A DNA stretch of 64,000 nucleotides from Candidatus Nomurabacteria bacterium (lineage in GTDB: Bacteria > Patescibacteriota > Minisyncoccia > Phycocordibacterales > SBAW01). The notes under the pieces were generated by a model. The model saw nothing but the letters and a program-made list of their open reading frames with translations. It did no database searches and was not told the DNA's origin. Of this stretch, positions 1 through 7,297 are shown one piece after another; within the stretch, counting starts at the first letter, position 1, and every line of letters begins with the position of its first letter. The translations under genes and the position numbers were made by a program. The stretch covers positions 2,501 to 66,500 of the forward strand of contig CALQYT010000006.1 of assembly GCA_943348815.1 (NCBI GenBank), written 5' to 3'.

Positions 1-1023
1 CTTGTTTAACTCTTTTTCCGTAATGTATTTCTGTGAGCACGCTAACTCCTTTTTCTTGGTGCATCGGTAATAGGTGTAGTGGTGCGTATTGCCGTTCTGC
101 TGATGTTTAGTTTTCTCCTCCGCCGTTATCATCATGTCGCACTCGCCGCACCGCATCATGCCGGTAAAGGCAAACTCGTGCGTCTTGGATCGCGGCTTGC
201 CCTTGCGACCGAGCATCACCTGTATCCGGTCGTACTCCGCCTCGGTAATCATGGGCTCGTGTACGCCCTTGTACCAAAGGCCGCTACCTACGGGGTACTC
301 AAAGCGTCCGTAGTAAAAGGGGCGGCTAAAGAGGTTGTATATGGCGCTATTGGGCAGCGGCTTGCCGTATTGGCCCGTAAAACCCCATTCCTTGGTCGCT
401 AGGCGGCGTATTTGCACCGGCGTGTAAGTACCTTGGAGCATGAGATCAAACATCTTGCGTACCATATCGAACCGCGCAGGGTCTTTAACGATAGTTTTAT
501 TGCCTCGCTCGGCGTACCTGTCGTTTAGATAGCCAAGCGGAGCAGGGGCGGGATAGATGCCGCGCTCCGCCTTAGCCTTTAGTCCACGCTTAACATTTAT
601 GCCTTTATTATCGTTCTCTAACTTCGCCTGACTGCATAGCAGGTTGAGTAGAAACTTATCGCTAGGCGTATTCTTGAATACCTGACTTGGTGTAATAATC
701 TCGCGGAGCTTGCCGAGGTCAAATAAATAAATCAGTCTGCCGGTATCCATAGAGTTGCGCGAGAGACGGTCGGCGTTCCACACCACAATCCCGTGTGCTT
801 TACCCGCTTCGATATCGTCCATGAGCATATTGAACACTGGACGGCCCGGCGCTTTTGCCGAGTATGCCTCGCGTTGCTCATCAGCTAGAACAACACTCAT
901 CTGCTCCGCTAGTCGTTTAAGCTCGTCAATCTGCGAATCAATCGAGAGCACCTGCCGATCTTCCTGCTCCGAGGATTTACGGGCATAGAGCACATATCGG
1001 GTTGCTTTCACATTTTCGTTCAT
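1..1023 (-). CDS. Large serine recombinase/integrase (5' part; runs off the left edge of the window)
   Basis: Not in the ORF track. Manual translation from the ATG at 1023 gives MNENVKATRYVLYARKSSEQEDRQVLSIDSQIDEL, the YxRxS catalytic motif, followed by a resolvase domain (RLSRNSMD), NVKRGLKAKAERGIYP-P-P-GY and a recombinase domain (NPFYTG, GRYEG). Confidence 0.93.
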   Translation of the reverse strand, partial: MNENVKATRYVLYARKSSEQEDRQVLSIDSQIDELKRLAEQMSVVLADEQREAYSAKAPGRPVFNMLMDDIEAGKAHGIVVWNADRLSRNSMDTGRLIYLFDLGKLREIITPSQVFKNTPSDKFLLNLLCSQAKLENDNKGINVKRGLKAKAERGIYPAPAPLGYLNDRYAERGNKTIVKDPARFDMVRKMFDLMLQGTYTPVQIRRLATKEWGFTGQYGKPLPNSAIYNLFSRPFYYGRFEYPVGSGLWYKGVHEPMITEAEYDRIQVMLGRKGKPRSKTHEFAFTGMMRCGECDMMITAEEKTKHQQNGNTHHYTYYRCTKKKELACSQKYITEKELNK

Positions 1024-1065
1024 GTTGGTTTAAGGGTGTGCCTACTATCGTTAGCGGTAATCATA

Positions 1066-1626
1066 CTACGATTTGTCGCTCTTGCCCCAATTCCGCTCCC
1101 GCATCAGGTCTTTCATTTTCTGGAAGCCTTTGTTATCGGCTGTGGGGATTTCTTTAGCAGATTTCCTTAGTACATTTACCGTCTCCCCGTTTGGACTATT
1201 AGAAGTGCGTTTTGAGGACTGTTCTTGTTGCTGTTTTAGGACTGTTTGAATAGTCCTCGCAGTGAGACTATTCATGGGTAGCCATTTTGAGCAATCAAGC
1301 AGGTGGTACAAGTTGCCCCTCCTCCCTTTGGATCGCCGGACAGTAATCATGCGAAGTGCCTCTAGGACTTTTAGAGAACGCGAGATTTTACTACGGCTCT
1401 TAGTGCCTATCTCGCGCATGAGCGTTTCGTATGAGGGAAAGCATGACTGGGTGGTAGCGTTTGCGTGCCGCGCTAGCGCCACATATACGGCGGCGTCTTT
1501 ACGCAGAAACCGCAGATAGTCCTTATCTACAAATTCGTTGTCTATGTAAAACCGCGACTTTTTATATCGCGCTCTAATACGCGGCTCATTAGTTTCCTTG
1601 TCCATAGATTTCATCACTTCCTCCAT
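1066..1626 (-). CDS. Helix-turn-helix protein, replication-initiator-like (HTH_36 type)
   Basis: AVYVALARHAN...CFPSYETLMREIG..SRSKISRSLKVLEALRMI pattern typical of phage/plasmid Rep N-terminal HTH domains. Confidence 0.7.
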   Translation of the reverse strand: MEEVMKSMDKETNEPRIRARYKKSRFYIDNEFVDKDYLRFLRKDAAVYVALARHANATTQSCFPSYETLMREIGTKSRSKISRSLKVLEALRMITVRRSKGRRGNLYHLLDCSKWLPMNSLTARTIQTVLKQQQEQSSKRTSNSPNGETVNVLRKSAKEIPTADNKGFQKMKDLMRERNWGKSDKS

Positions 1627-1894
1627 TCAAAATCTCATACACTTTTGCCGACACTTTGTCCTCGATTTCTTTGCCTGTGCTTAGATCAATCGGGTGGAAT
1701 GTTTGGAAACTCTTTTCTCCTACTTTCTTTGCCGGATACACGAGCCTATAGCCCACGCCGTTGAGGCGAGTGCGGACCGCAACAGAGCCAACATAGTATT
1801 TTTGGTCGAGCACGAAAGAGGCGAAGCCGACGAGGCCATCTTGCGGCTTTACCGGCACAAATTGGATTTCGGTTATGGTTGTTTCAGGCCGCAT
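1589..1894 (-). CDS. SpoVG-like nucleic-acid-binding protein
   Basis: ITEIQF..V...GLVGFASFVLD...V.SVAV......GYRLVYPAKK.....F...HPI matches the SpoVG pattern. Confidence 0.75.
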   Translation of the reverse strand: MRPETTITEIQFVPVKPQDGLVGFASFVLDQKYYVGSVAVRTRLNGVGYRLVYPAKKVGEKSFQTFHPIDLSTGKEIEDKVSAKVYEILNGGSDEIYGQGN

Positions 1895-2060
1895 GGGTTT
1901 TCACTTCTTCGGTCGGTTGCGCTACCAAGTGCTCAAATATTGCTCCGTACAGGCTCACGAGCCGGTTTGCTCGGCGTGATGCCTCGGCATCACTAAGTTC
2001 CTCGTGGAAAGTATCCCGATATAGCTGCTTGAACTCCTGTATAGCTTCGGGCGGCAACAT
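1884..2060 (-). CDS. Small hypothetical protein (58 aa)
   Basis: Manual translation MLPPEAIQEFKQLYRDTFHEELSDAEASRRANRLVSLYGAIFEHLVAQPTEEVKTHAA*. Overlaps the SpoVG start, consistent with an operon; below the ORF-track cutoff. Confidence 0.7.
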   Translation of the reverse strand: MLPPEAIQEFKQLYRDTFHEELSDAEASRRANRLVSLYGAIFEHLVAQPTEEVKTHAA

Positions 2061-2131
2061 AAAAACTGGATATGGTCGATATCCAGTCTGCGCGAGGGTA
2101 TGGTTGCTGTCGGTTGCAGATTTGGGTTGCT

Positions 2132-2890
2132 CTAAGCAACCCTATAAAAAGACTTATCTTGCAGAGCAAATAAATACTTGCCGCATTTTTCCTCAACTTT
2201 CAAGTTGAGGCGGTAAACCGCGTAGCGGATTGAACGCCTACCTTTTTGGATATCACGAAGAATAGCGGGGTCTATTGCGTTAGCTATATCGTCCCACTGG
2301 ATAACCTCATTTACTTGTCTTTGAAACGCGAGGCGGCAAACATCCTGTTGTCGGGAGTTATACCTAATAGGCACTATGCCGCCGTTCCACATTATCCGTG
2401 GCGGGTCGTTATAAAATTTCGCCACGGCTGGGTTAGTGTTCTTTAACACTCCGTCTTTATCGGGGATGGAGACATCGTACTTCTTGCACTCGGCATATAT
2501 TTTTTCAGGGTCAATAATAGTAAATTTTAGATGCGCCCTTAGGATATTTCCCTGCACCTCGTTTTCATTTATTAGCGTGCATAGCTCGCTAAATCTTTCC
2601 ACATGATATTTGTTTAACGCCGCCGTCCTTGCCTCGCGGCGTTCCCTTGTGTAGTCAGCATCAGGAATTGTAAGTTTGCCGTCTTGATAATAATCAGTAG
2701 TCTCCGTAATTTTAGGGAAAGGGGTCTTGTTCTCATATATCTCAATATCAACCATCTCCCGTTCTCGCAGGGGAGAGTGCTCTATAAGCTTAGTGAGTAT
2801 GTAGCTTACATACTCGTGCGTTTTTGATGCCTTTTCGTCAACTTCTGCTTTAATCATCACTTTTTCATCACGAGCTTGCGTGGCCCCCAT
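2132..2890 (-). CDS. Hypothetical protein with probable C-terminal winged-helix domain
   Basis: 252-aa ORF; the C-terminal WDDIANAID...RSIRYAVYRLNLKV resembles an OmpR-like winged HTH. Confidence 0.6.
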   Translation of the reverse strand: MGATQARDEKVMIKAEVDEKASKTHEYVSYILTKLIEHSPLREREMVDIEIYENKTPFPKITETTDYYQDGKLTIPDADYTRERREARTAALNKYHVERFSELCTLINENEVQGNILRAHLKFTIIDPEKIYAECKKYDVSIPDKDGVLKNTNPAVAKFYNDPPRIMWNGGIVPIRYNSRQQDVCRLAFQRQVNEVIQWDDIANAIDPAILRDIQKGRRSIRYAVYRLNLKVEEKCGKYLFALQDKSFYRVA

Positions 2891-2978
2891 TTTAGCCCTT
2901 TTTGTCTAAGGTTGCCTATGCATTGGACACCCACCCCCACCCCCCGGGGGGTGGGTGATAATGATAATCAGTATTGGA

Positions 2979-3583
2979 GCCACCCCGCCAAAAAATGAGT
3001 TCCCCCGCGTGGCCGCCGTCCTCGGCGGCGCAGAGATGCCGGTAGGCGTCTCTGCGAGTGGAAAGGCGGTAGCCTTGACTAGACAAGCCCCGCGACCGCT
3101 ACGGCGGGCGCGGAGGATGTCGCGCCGAACGACACACAACCCCATATCTCCAACGATGGGGGTTTGTGGCGTTCGGCCAATAAATGGGAGCCGTAGAGGA
3201 GGCAAATACCACCAACTTGCAGGCAAGTTGCGCGGCACCCGCGACTTTTCATAGAAAAGGGAGTATTTGTCTCTGTTCGCCGGTGCAAACGCACTTTAGT
3301 GCGTTTGGGGCACAAAAAAATTTCTGCTCAACGCGAAGACCAGTAAAGGATAGGCTTTACGCAGGCTGTAGCGGGGAGGGGAAATTTTCTTGCGCCGCAC
3401 TTTAGCGCCGCCGGCGGCTATGGCTTTCCATCCTATTGGCGACATCCTCCGCGCCCGCCGTAGCGGTCGCGGGGCTTGTCTAGTCAAGGCTACCGCCTTT
3501 CCACTCGCAGAGACGCCTACCGGCATCTCTGCGCCGCCGAGGACGGCGGCCACGCGGGGGAACTCATTTTTTGGCGGGGTGGC
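2979..3583. repeat. Perfect 145-bp inverted repeat (2979-3123 / 3439-3583) with 315-bp spacer
   Basis: gccaccccgccaaaaaatgagttcccccgcg...ggaggatgtcgc is the exact reverse complement of 3439-3583; this also explains the identical peptides in opposite-strand ORFs here. Confidence 0.95.
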
Positions 3584-3609
3584 GTTTAAAACTAGCTTGC
3601 GGTAGCGAG

Positions 3610-3822
3610 CTAGAAGTCTATAAGGTTTTTGAGCTTAAAGCCGAGGGCTCTAGCTATCTTTTCCATATTGGTGAGGGTGATGTTCTTTTCTGCGCGCTCG
3701 ATCATGCCTATGTAAGTGCGATGTACCTTGGCGAGTTCGCCGAGCCGCTCTTGGGATATACCGCGTTTATCGCGCTCCTGGCGTACACGGTTGCCGAACT
3801 TGATGAGTATCTGCTTATTCAT
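3610..3822 (-). CDS. XRE-family HTH regulator, similar to restriction-modification controller (C) proteins
   Basis: 70 aa: FGNRVRQER...GISQERLGELAKVHRTYIGMIERAEKNITL.N.EKIARAL. Confidence 0.88.
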   Translation of the reverse strand: MNKQILIKFGNRVRQERDKRGISQERLGELAKVHRTYIGMIERAEKNITLTNMEKIARALGFKLKNLIDF

Positions 3823-3845
3823 ACCTACATCCCCAGTGTAGGTAT

Positions 3846-3879
3846 TGCTAACTATAGACTCTACATACTATAGTTAGCA
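3846..3879. promoter_or_regulatory. Palindromic operator upstream of the XRE gene (C-box-like)
   Basis: tgctaactatag-N10-ctatagttagca: perfect 12-bp arms, 24 bp upstream of the ATG. Confidence 0.65.
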
Positions 3880-3925
3880 GGTATGGATAAGGAATTTGGG
3901 CGTTTGGCGGCTAACTAATCCTCGT

Positions 3926-4117
3926 ATGGACCTCTTACGCAGGATAGGGCATGTGCTTGGGGTACTGTGGGTAATACTTCTGGTTGTTGGGTGGGTATTT
4001 ATCTCGATTGTAGACATAGCTGTAGGGTGCCCTCCGCCGCCCTTTGCCCACCAATGTTTTAAACAGCGATATATACACGACTGTTTGATATTGCATAAGG
4101 AGGACTGCAACGAGTAG
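3926..4117 (+). CDS. Possible small membrane protein
   Basis: Hydrophobic stretch VLGVLWVILLVVGWVFISIV; short and otherwise unsupported. Confidence 0.3.
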   Translation: MDLLRRIGHVLGVLWVILLVVGWVFISIVDIAVGCPPPPFAHQCFKQRYIHDCLILHKEDCNE

Positions 4118-4176
4118 AAAACTAACGAAACCTGTGGCATAGTGCCCGACAGAAGTTAACCCCAAGGGAGGCCACC

Positions 4177-4569
4177 GTGCTTCTAAGCGAACGCCAAATC
4201 GTGTGGACTCCAGTGTTGGGGCGGGACAGTCTCGCCATCGCACTTCAGAGGCCATTTGCTACCGCGTGCATGGCGCACAAGGTAGACGACATTAAGAAGT
4301 TCACCGAGGGAGTGTGGAGGTTGATGGGGAATAAACCCCCTGTCGAGCCAAGCAACTTCCTCGATATCCATCAGGGTATCTTGCCCAAGGGCTTCTATGC
4401 CGGCCACGATGGACTGTGGCTCACTATGGATAGCCCAACGGCACACCCGACACGGCCGCTGTACTACCACGGCCACAACGAAGACCGACACGCGTCCGAT
4501 CGGCTCTGGCTCCTACGAGCTTTTGCTGCTTGGGCGGAAGGTGCCGCAACCGTCATGAACTGGGATTAA
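4177..4569 (+). CDS. Hypothetical protein
   Basis: 130 aa, GTG start preceded by an AAGGGAGG Shine-Dalgarno. Confidence 0.7.
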   Translation: MLLSERQIVWTPVLGRDSLAIALQRPFATACMAHKVDDIKKFTEGVWRLMGNKPPVEPSNFLDIHQGILPKGFYAGHDGLWLTMDSPTAHPTRPLYYHGHNEDRHASDRLWLLRAFAAWAEGAATVMNWD

Positions 4570-4581
4570 GGAGGACTAATC

Positions 4582-5094
4582 GTGCTGACCAAGAAGCAAC
4601 TCATTGCGCTGCAATATGTCATTGCAGCGGCTCCCGATGGCAACAAGTTTGCCAAGCAACTGCACTTCTTCCTGCTCGCACAGTCGGCGGGTTTGACGAA
4701 GGAGGTCTGCATCACCCTGCAAGAGGGTGATGAGTGGCCGAAGGCCGAGCTCCGCAAGGAAGCCCATGGTATCGACAGCATGTGGAGCAGCACCGCGAGC
4801 ACCCATCTGCCGGAGATCATGGCAGCCATGGGTACACGGTTCATCTACAGCTTGCACTACGGCCACTATGGTGAGAACGGCGAATTCGACACCAAAGGAC
4901 AACTGGCCGAATGCAAAGCCCCGCTGCGCTACACTTTCTGGCTGGCGCACGAGTGCTACGCCGATGCGGCGACCAAGCTCACCGCCACTCGGAAGGAGCT
5001 GGAAGCGATCGATGTCTGCCCTCACAAGCTGATGCAACAGCTCTATGCCACCAAGCGCCAAGAGCGCGAGATGGCCAAAGCTGCGGCTCGGTAA
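4582..5094 (+). CDS. Hypothetical protein
   Basis: 170 aa, AAGGAGG SD before a GTG start, followed by a terminator. Confidence 0.75.
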   Translation: MLTKKQLIALQYVIAAAPDGNKFAKQLHFFLLAQSAGLTKEVCITLQEGDEWPKAELRKEAHGIDSMWSSTASTHLPEIMAAMGTRFIYSLHYGHYGENGEFDTKGQLAECKAPLRYTFWLAHECYADAATKLTATRKELEAIDVCPHKLMQQLYATKRQEREMAKAAAR

Positions 5095-5110
5095 TCTTCT
5101 CGCAGAACAA

Positions 5111-5148
5111 GGCGCGACCCTTAGCCAGGGCCGCGCCGTTTTCTTTTC
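5111..5148 (+). terminator. Rho-independent terminator
   Basis: ggcgcgaccct...agggccgcgcc hairpin followed by gttttctttt. Confidence 0.7.
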
Positions 5149-5191
5149 GCATTAGGTAGTCCTTTTCGCTATATACAACTACAATAGGCGC

Positions 5192-6040
5192 ATGCTAGAG
5201 GCAGTAAAAAGGTGGGCGCAAATTGAAGTAATGCTGATTCGTATGCGTATAGCAAACCGCAACGAGTTTTCAATCATGGAAAAAACTTATCGCCTTGCCC
5301 ACCAGATAATGCGCGACAAGAGCAATAATCTGGTCTGGGACGAGGCAGACCATTTTAGTAAAGTAATAATCGTTTTTCTCGCTAAGAACCTACACCGCCT
5401 CCAATCCATTAGGCTCCTCTGTAGGAGAGGTCTAGCAAAAGACGCACTGCCGCTGACTCGCAGTATGTTTGAGGAGTTGGTAGATATGAAATACATGGCC
5501 GCCGACAAGTCGCGGGTGCAAAACTACATTGATTACGACACCCATACTCGCTACAAATTGGGCAAAATGTTAGAGCAGTACGGAAGTGAGGGTATCGACT
5601 GGCCGAGGCTGAAAAAGAGAAATGAGCAATTAGAGAAAGAGTGGAAGAAGATTGAACACCGATATACCTACAAATCTGGAGACGGCAAAACCCGGGCGTT
5701 CCCTCGATGGACACGCGAAAATGTACGCCAACTAAGTGAGGCTGTTGGGCTCGGCAGCATGTACGGCTATCTCTATGGGCACATGTCTAACTATGGGCAC
5801 TCTAACCCGATGGCTGCTGACGAATTTGTGCAGGGCAAACAAGGCGACAATGTCGTTGTAGAGGTGGGGGCAAGTGAGGCATTTGTCCCGCAAGTACTAG
5901 CCACAGCTAGTGGAATGTATCTCGATATGTTGAGGGTAGCTAACGAAGAACGCCAAATGAAACTTGATGCAATAATTGAGCCGGTAGAGATTGCGTTGCG
6001 TAAGGGTGCGGAGGCACGAAAAGCCCAAAGAAGCAGCTAG
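5192..6040 (+). CDS. DUF5677-like all-helical protein
   Basis: LTRSMFE and YGHMSNYGH motifs; 282 aa. Family assignment is from recall. Confidence 0.6.
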   Translation: MLEAVKRWAQIEVMLIRMRIANRNEFSIMEKTYRLAHQIMRDKSNNLVWDEADHFSKVIIVFLAKNLHRLQSIRLLCRRGLAKDALPLTRSMFEELVDMKYMAADKSRVQNYIDYDTHTRYKLGKMLEQYGSEGIDWPRLKKRNEQLEKEWKKIEHRYTYKSGDGKTRAFPRWTRENVRQLSEAVGLGSMYGYLYGHMSNYGHSNPMAADEFVQGKQGDNVVVEVGASEAFVPQVLATASGMYLDMLRVANEERQMKLDAIIEPVEIALRKGAEARKAQRSS

Positions 6041-6109
6041 CGAGGATACCTCGACTTTTGTGGAGGAATGTTGTAATTTGCTCTGCGGATAGAGCAACGG
6101 AGGTTCACG

Positions 6110-6664
6110 ATGCTTACCATTTTCGTGAGCCGACGAAAGCAGCGAATCATCACTGCTGACGGCTCAAGAATGAAAGTCCGCCGGGCGTATGTCCGGCAAG
6201 GTGGGCAAATGCAGTACTTGCAGGAGCCCGAAACCTTCGAGGATTTGTCGGGGGTACGAATTGTCGTCAAAGAGTGGTGCAAGCTTAGGCGGCTACCTCG
6301 AAACGATAAGGTGGAGCAGGCCATCATTAAGTTTTTGCGGGAGCACCACGCCAAGCAAAACATTAAGTTCGACTGCTATGCCTTTGCCAACCTGACGCAT
6401 GGTGTGGAGGTACACCCATGCTGCTACTTGCACAAGCATTGGGACACCAAACCCTTTGATGGGCGGCTAGAGGTCGGCGGCGCAGTGTTCTTCATCACCC
6501 CCGGTAAGGAAATGAGCAATTTCCACCACGCTGCAATCTACATCGGACGAGGTTTGTACATTTCGGTCTATGGGGCGGGCGGCGACTTGGAAATCTCGAC
6601 GCTGCGGGATATGAAAAAGTTCTACAAAGCCAAACAAGTCTTACTTGGGGTTCCATGCCCCTAG
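6110..6664 (+). CDS. Hypothetical protein with NlpC/P60-like catalytic motifs
   Basis: FDCYAFA and HHAAIYIGRGLYIS motifs; GGAGG SD. Confidence 0.6.
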   Translation: MLTIFVSRRKQRIITADGSRMKVRRAYVRQGGQMQYLQEPETFEDLSGVRIVVKEWCKLRRLPRNDKVEQAIIKFLREHHAKQNIKFDCYAFANLTHGVEVHPCCYLHKHWDTKPFDGRLEVGGAVFFITPGKEMSNFHHAAIYIGRGLYISVYGAGGDLEISTLRDMKKFYKAKQVLLGVPCP

Positions 6665-6699
6665 GCGGTTGCTATCCAGCAGCCGTCTTTTCATTTACT

Positions 6700-7084
6700 A
6701 TAGAGGTTCTAAAGTAATCCAAGACCGGCAGCCAGTGACTTTTTAATAAGTTTGTTGTAGTGTTTTTGTAGAACAAGACAGGAGAACCGAAATGACCATC
6801 TCTCGGTCAGATCTTCTCGCCGACTTGGTGCAGGCGGTTGCTGCATTTCGGCAGGCTATGCCAGTGCCTCGGGAGTACATCGATGAGGCACTCGAACGGA
6901 TTCAGAACGGGCAAGAGCCAGAAGTTAAACGCTATCCAAACGGCATGCCGACAATGATTGGCGTGTACGAGGTGGCAACCCGTCTTGAGGCCGCCAGAAA
7001 GGCGAAGCAATGAAGGGCGGTCAGGAATGGCCGTCCTTTTCATTTGTTAGAATAGAGGTTCTAAAGTAATCCAAGACCGGCAGC
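6700..7084. repeat. 33-bp direct repeat (6700-6732, 7052-7084), att-like
   Basis: atagaggttctaaagtaatccaagaccggcagc present twice, each copy just after a terminator-like hairpin. Confidence 0.9.
6792..7013 (+). CDS. Hypothetical protein (73 aa) between the 33-bp repeats
   Basis: AGGAG SD, ATG start, followed by a terminator hairpin (gggcggtc...ggccgtcctttt). Confidence 0.7.
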   Translation: MTISRSDLLADLVQAVAAFRQAMPVPREYIDEALERIQNGQEPEVKRYPNGMPTMIGVYEVATRLEAARKAKQ

Positions 7085-7143
7085 AAAAATTCGGCTCAGC
7101 AGTGCTTCACCTCTACCCCATCCGACTCTAATAGGCTTAGAGT

Positions 7144-7290
7144 ATGAGTGAATTACTATATCTCATGCTCATCATATTACCCCTAGTAGTGGTACTCGCC
7201 GGGGTCATATCGGTATTGACCGACCCGGAGCGCATCGACGAAGAGGAAAAAGCGCGCGTTAAGCGCAAACTTCGCTATCGCCGACACTAG
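7144..7290 (+). CDS. Small single-pass membrane protein (48 aa)
   Basis: Manual translation MSELLYLMLIILPLVVVLAGVISVLTDPERIDEEEKARVKRKLRYRRH*. Confidence 0.55.
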   Translation: MSELLYLMLIILPLVVVLAGVISVLTDPERIDEEEKARVKRKLRYRRH

Positions 7291-7297
7291 CGATTGA

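Larger units (their letters stand above)
1..7084. mobile_element. Integrative island (serine recombinase type), left part outside the window
   Basis: Recombinase, HTH, SpoVG-like, XRE and orphan cargo genes, bounded on the right by 33-bp att-like repeats just before the housekeeping gene pyrG. Confidence 0.7.

Noticed and set aside
79-988. Plus-strand ORFs 79-402 and 755-988
   Set aside because: Antisense shadows of the serine recombinase gene.
2906-3605. Several ORFs sharing identical peptides on opposite strands
   Set aside because: By-products of the GC-rich inverted repeat; no start signals or protein-like composition.
6700-7084. 33-bp repeat as CRISPR array, integron attC or real tRNA
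   Set aside because: Only two copies 319 bp apart, no cas genes, no attC palindrome or RYYYAAC/GTTRRRY ends, and no D or anticodon arm.
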